From Eledone cirrhosa (lineage: Eukaryota), in contig OZ024743.1 of NCBI GenBank assembly GCA_964016885.1, positions 20,894,001-20,958,000 on the forward strand: a stretch of DNA of 64,000 nucleotides. The letters are read 5' to 3'. This document shows, piece by piece, positions 63,756 through 64,000 of this stretch (its first letter is position 1; the number at the start of each line of letters is the position of its first letter). The notes under the pieces were generated by a model, which did not search any database, was not told the origin of the DNA, and saw only the letters and a program-made list of their open reading frames with translations. The position numbers and the translations under genes are program-made.

Positions 63756-64000
63756 TAGCAGTGGTACCCGGGATAAGGTATTTTGGAATGTGAGCCCCCA
63801 ACAGACCTAATCGTGGAAAAACTGCATGCCTGGACAATATGTAAAGAAAATAAAGCGAATACCCTGAAGGCTGGATAATCTTTAAGATTTTCCTCGATGA
63901 AGCAGGTCAAATACAGGTTTTCACCTAATTTAGGCCCTAGCAGATCAAGAAAATGAATTTTTTTTATGTGCATAATATGCCTTCAAATTTCAGGAAAATC
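63755..64000 (-). mobile_element. Possible Helitron 3' terminus running off the window
   Basis: Minus strand ends TACC(ttatcccg)GGTA-ccactg-CTAG|T into a TA repeat; the hairpin is weak. Confidence 0.4.

Overview
AT-rich, repeat-dense animal genomic DNA. The repeat landscape (tRNA-derived SINEs with RTE-type (GAT)n tails, long (TA)n/(CA)n microsatellites) resembles that of a cephalopod such as Octopus; this is recognition, not proof. The only host-gene coding sequence I can support is two phase-0 exons (30716-30811, 32763-33035, +) encoding part of a GABA-B-receptor-like Venus-flytrap domain, so much of the window is probably intronic. The rest is mobile DNA: a decayed PIF1-helicase/ubiquitin-specific-protease fusion ORF (Helitron-like, 1-1769), RTE LINEs with an internal PHD-type finger, several Penelope-like elements (PLEs), two mariners, pogo- and piggyBac-type MITEs, a non-autonomous Helitron, CR1 and L1/Tx1 remnants, and SINEs. 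The most striking signal is invisible in the ORF track. At least 10 minimal type I hammerhead ribozyme (HHR) motifs can be read by eye. Four lie one per unit in a non-coding tandem array (about 434-509 bp period, 61399-63701, minus strand) that looks like a retrozyme/circRNA-producing element. A recurrent fold-back architecture (inverted partial copy at the 5' end, flanked by TA repeats) is shared by this array, the PLEs and several small hairpin elements. Coordinates were counted by hand; ends of degenerate repeats are approximate.
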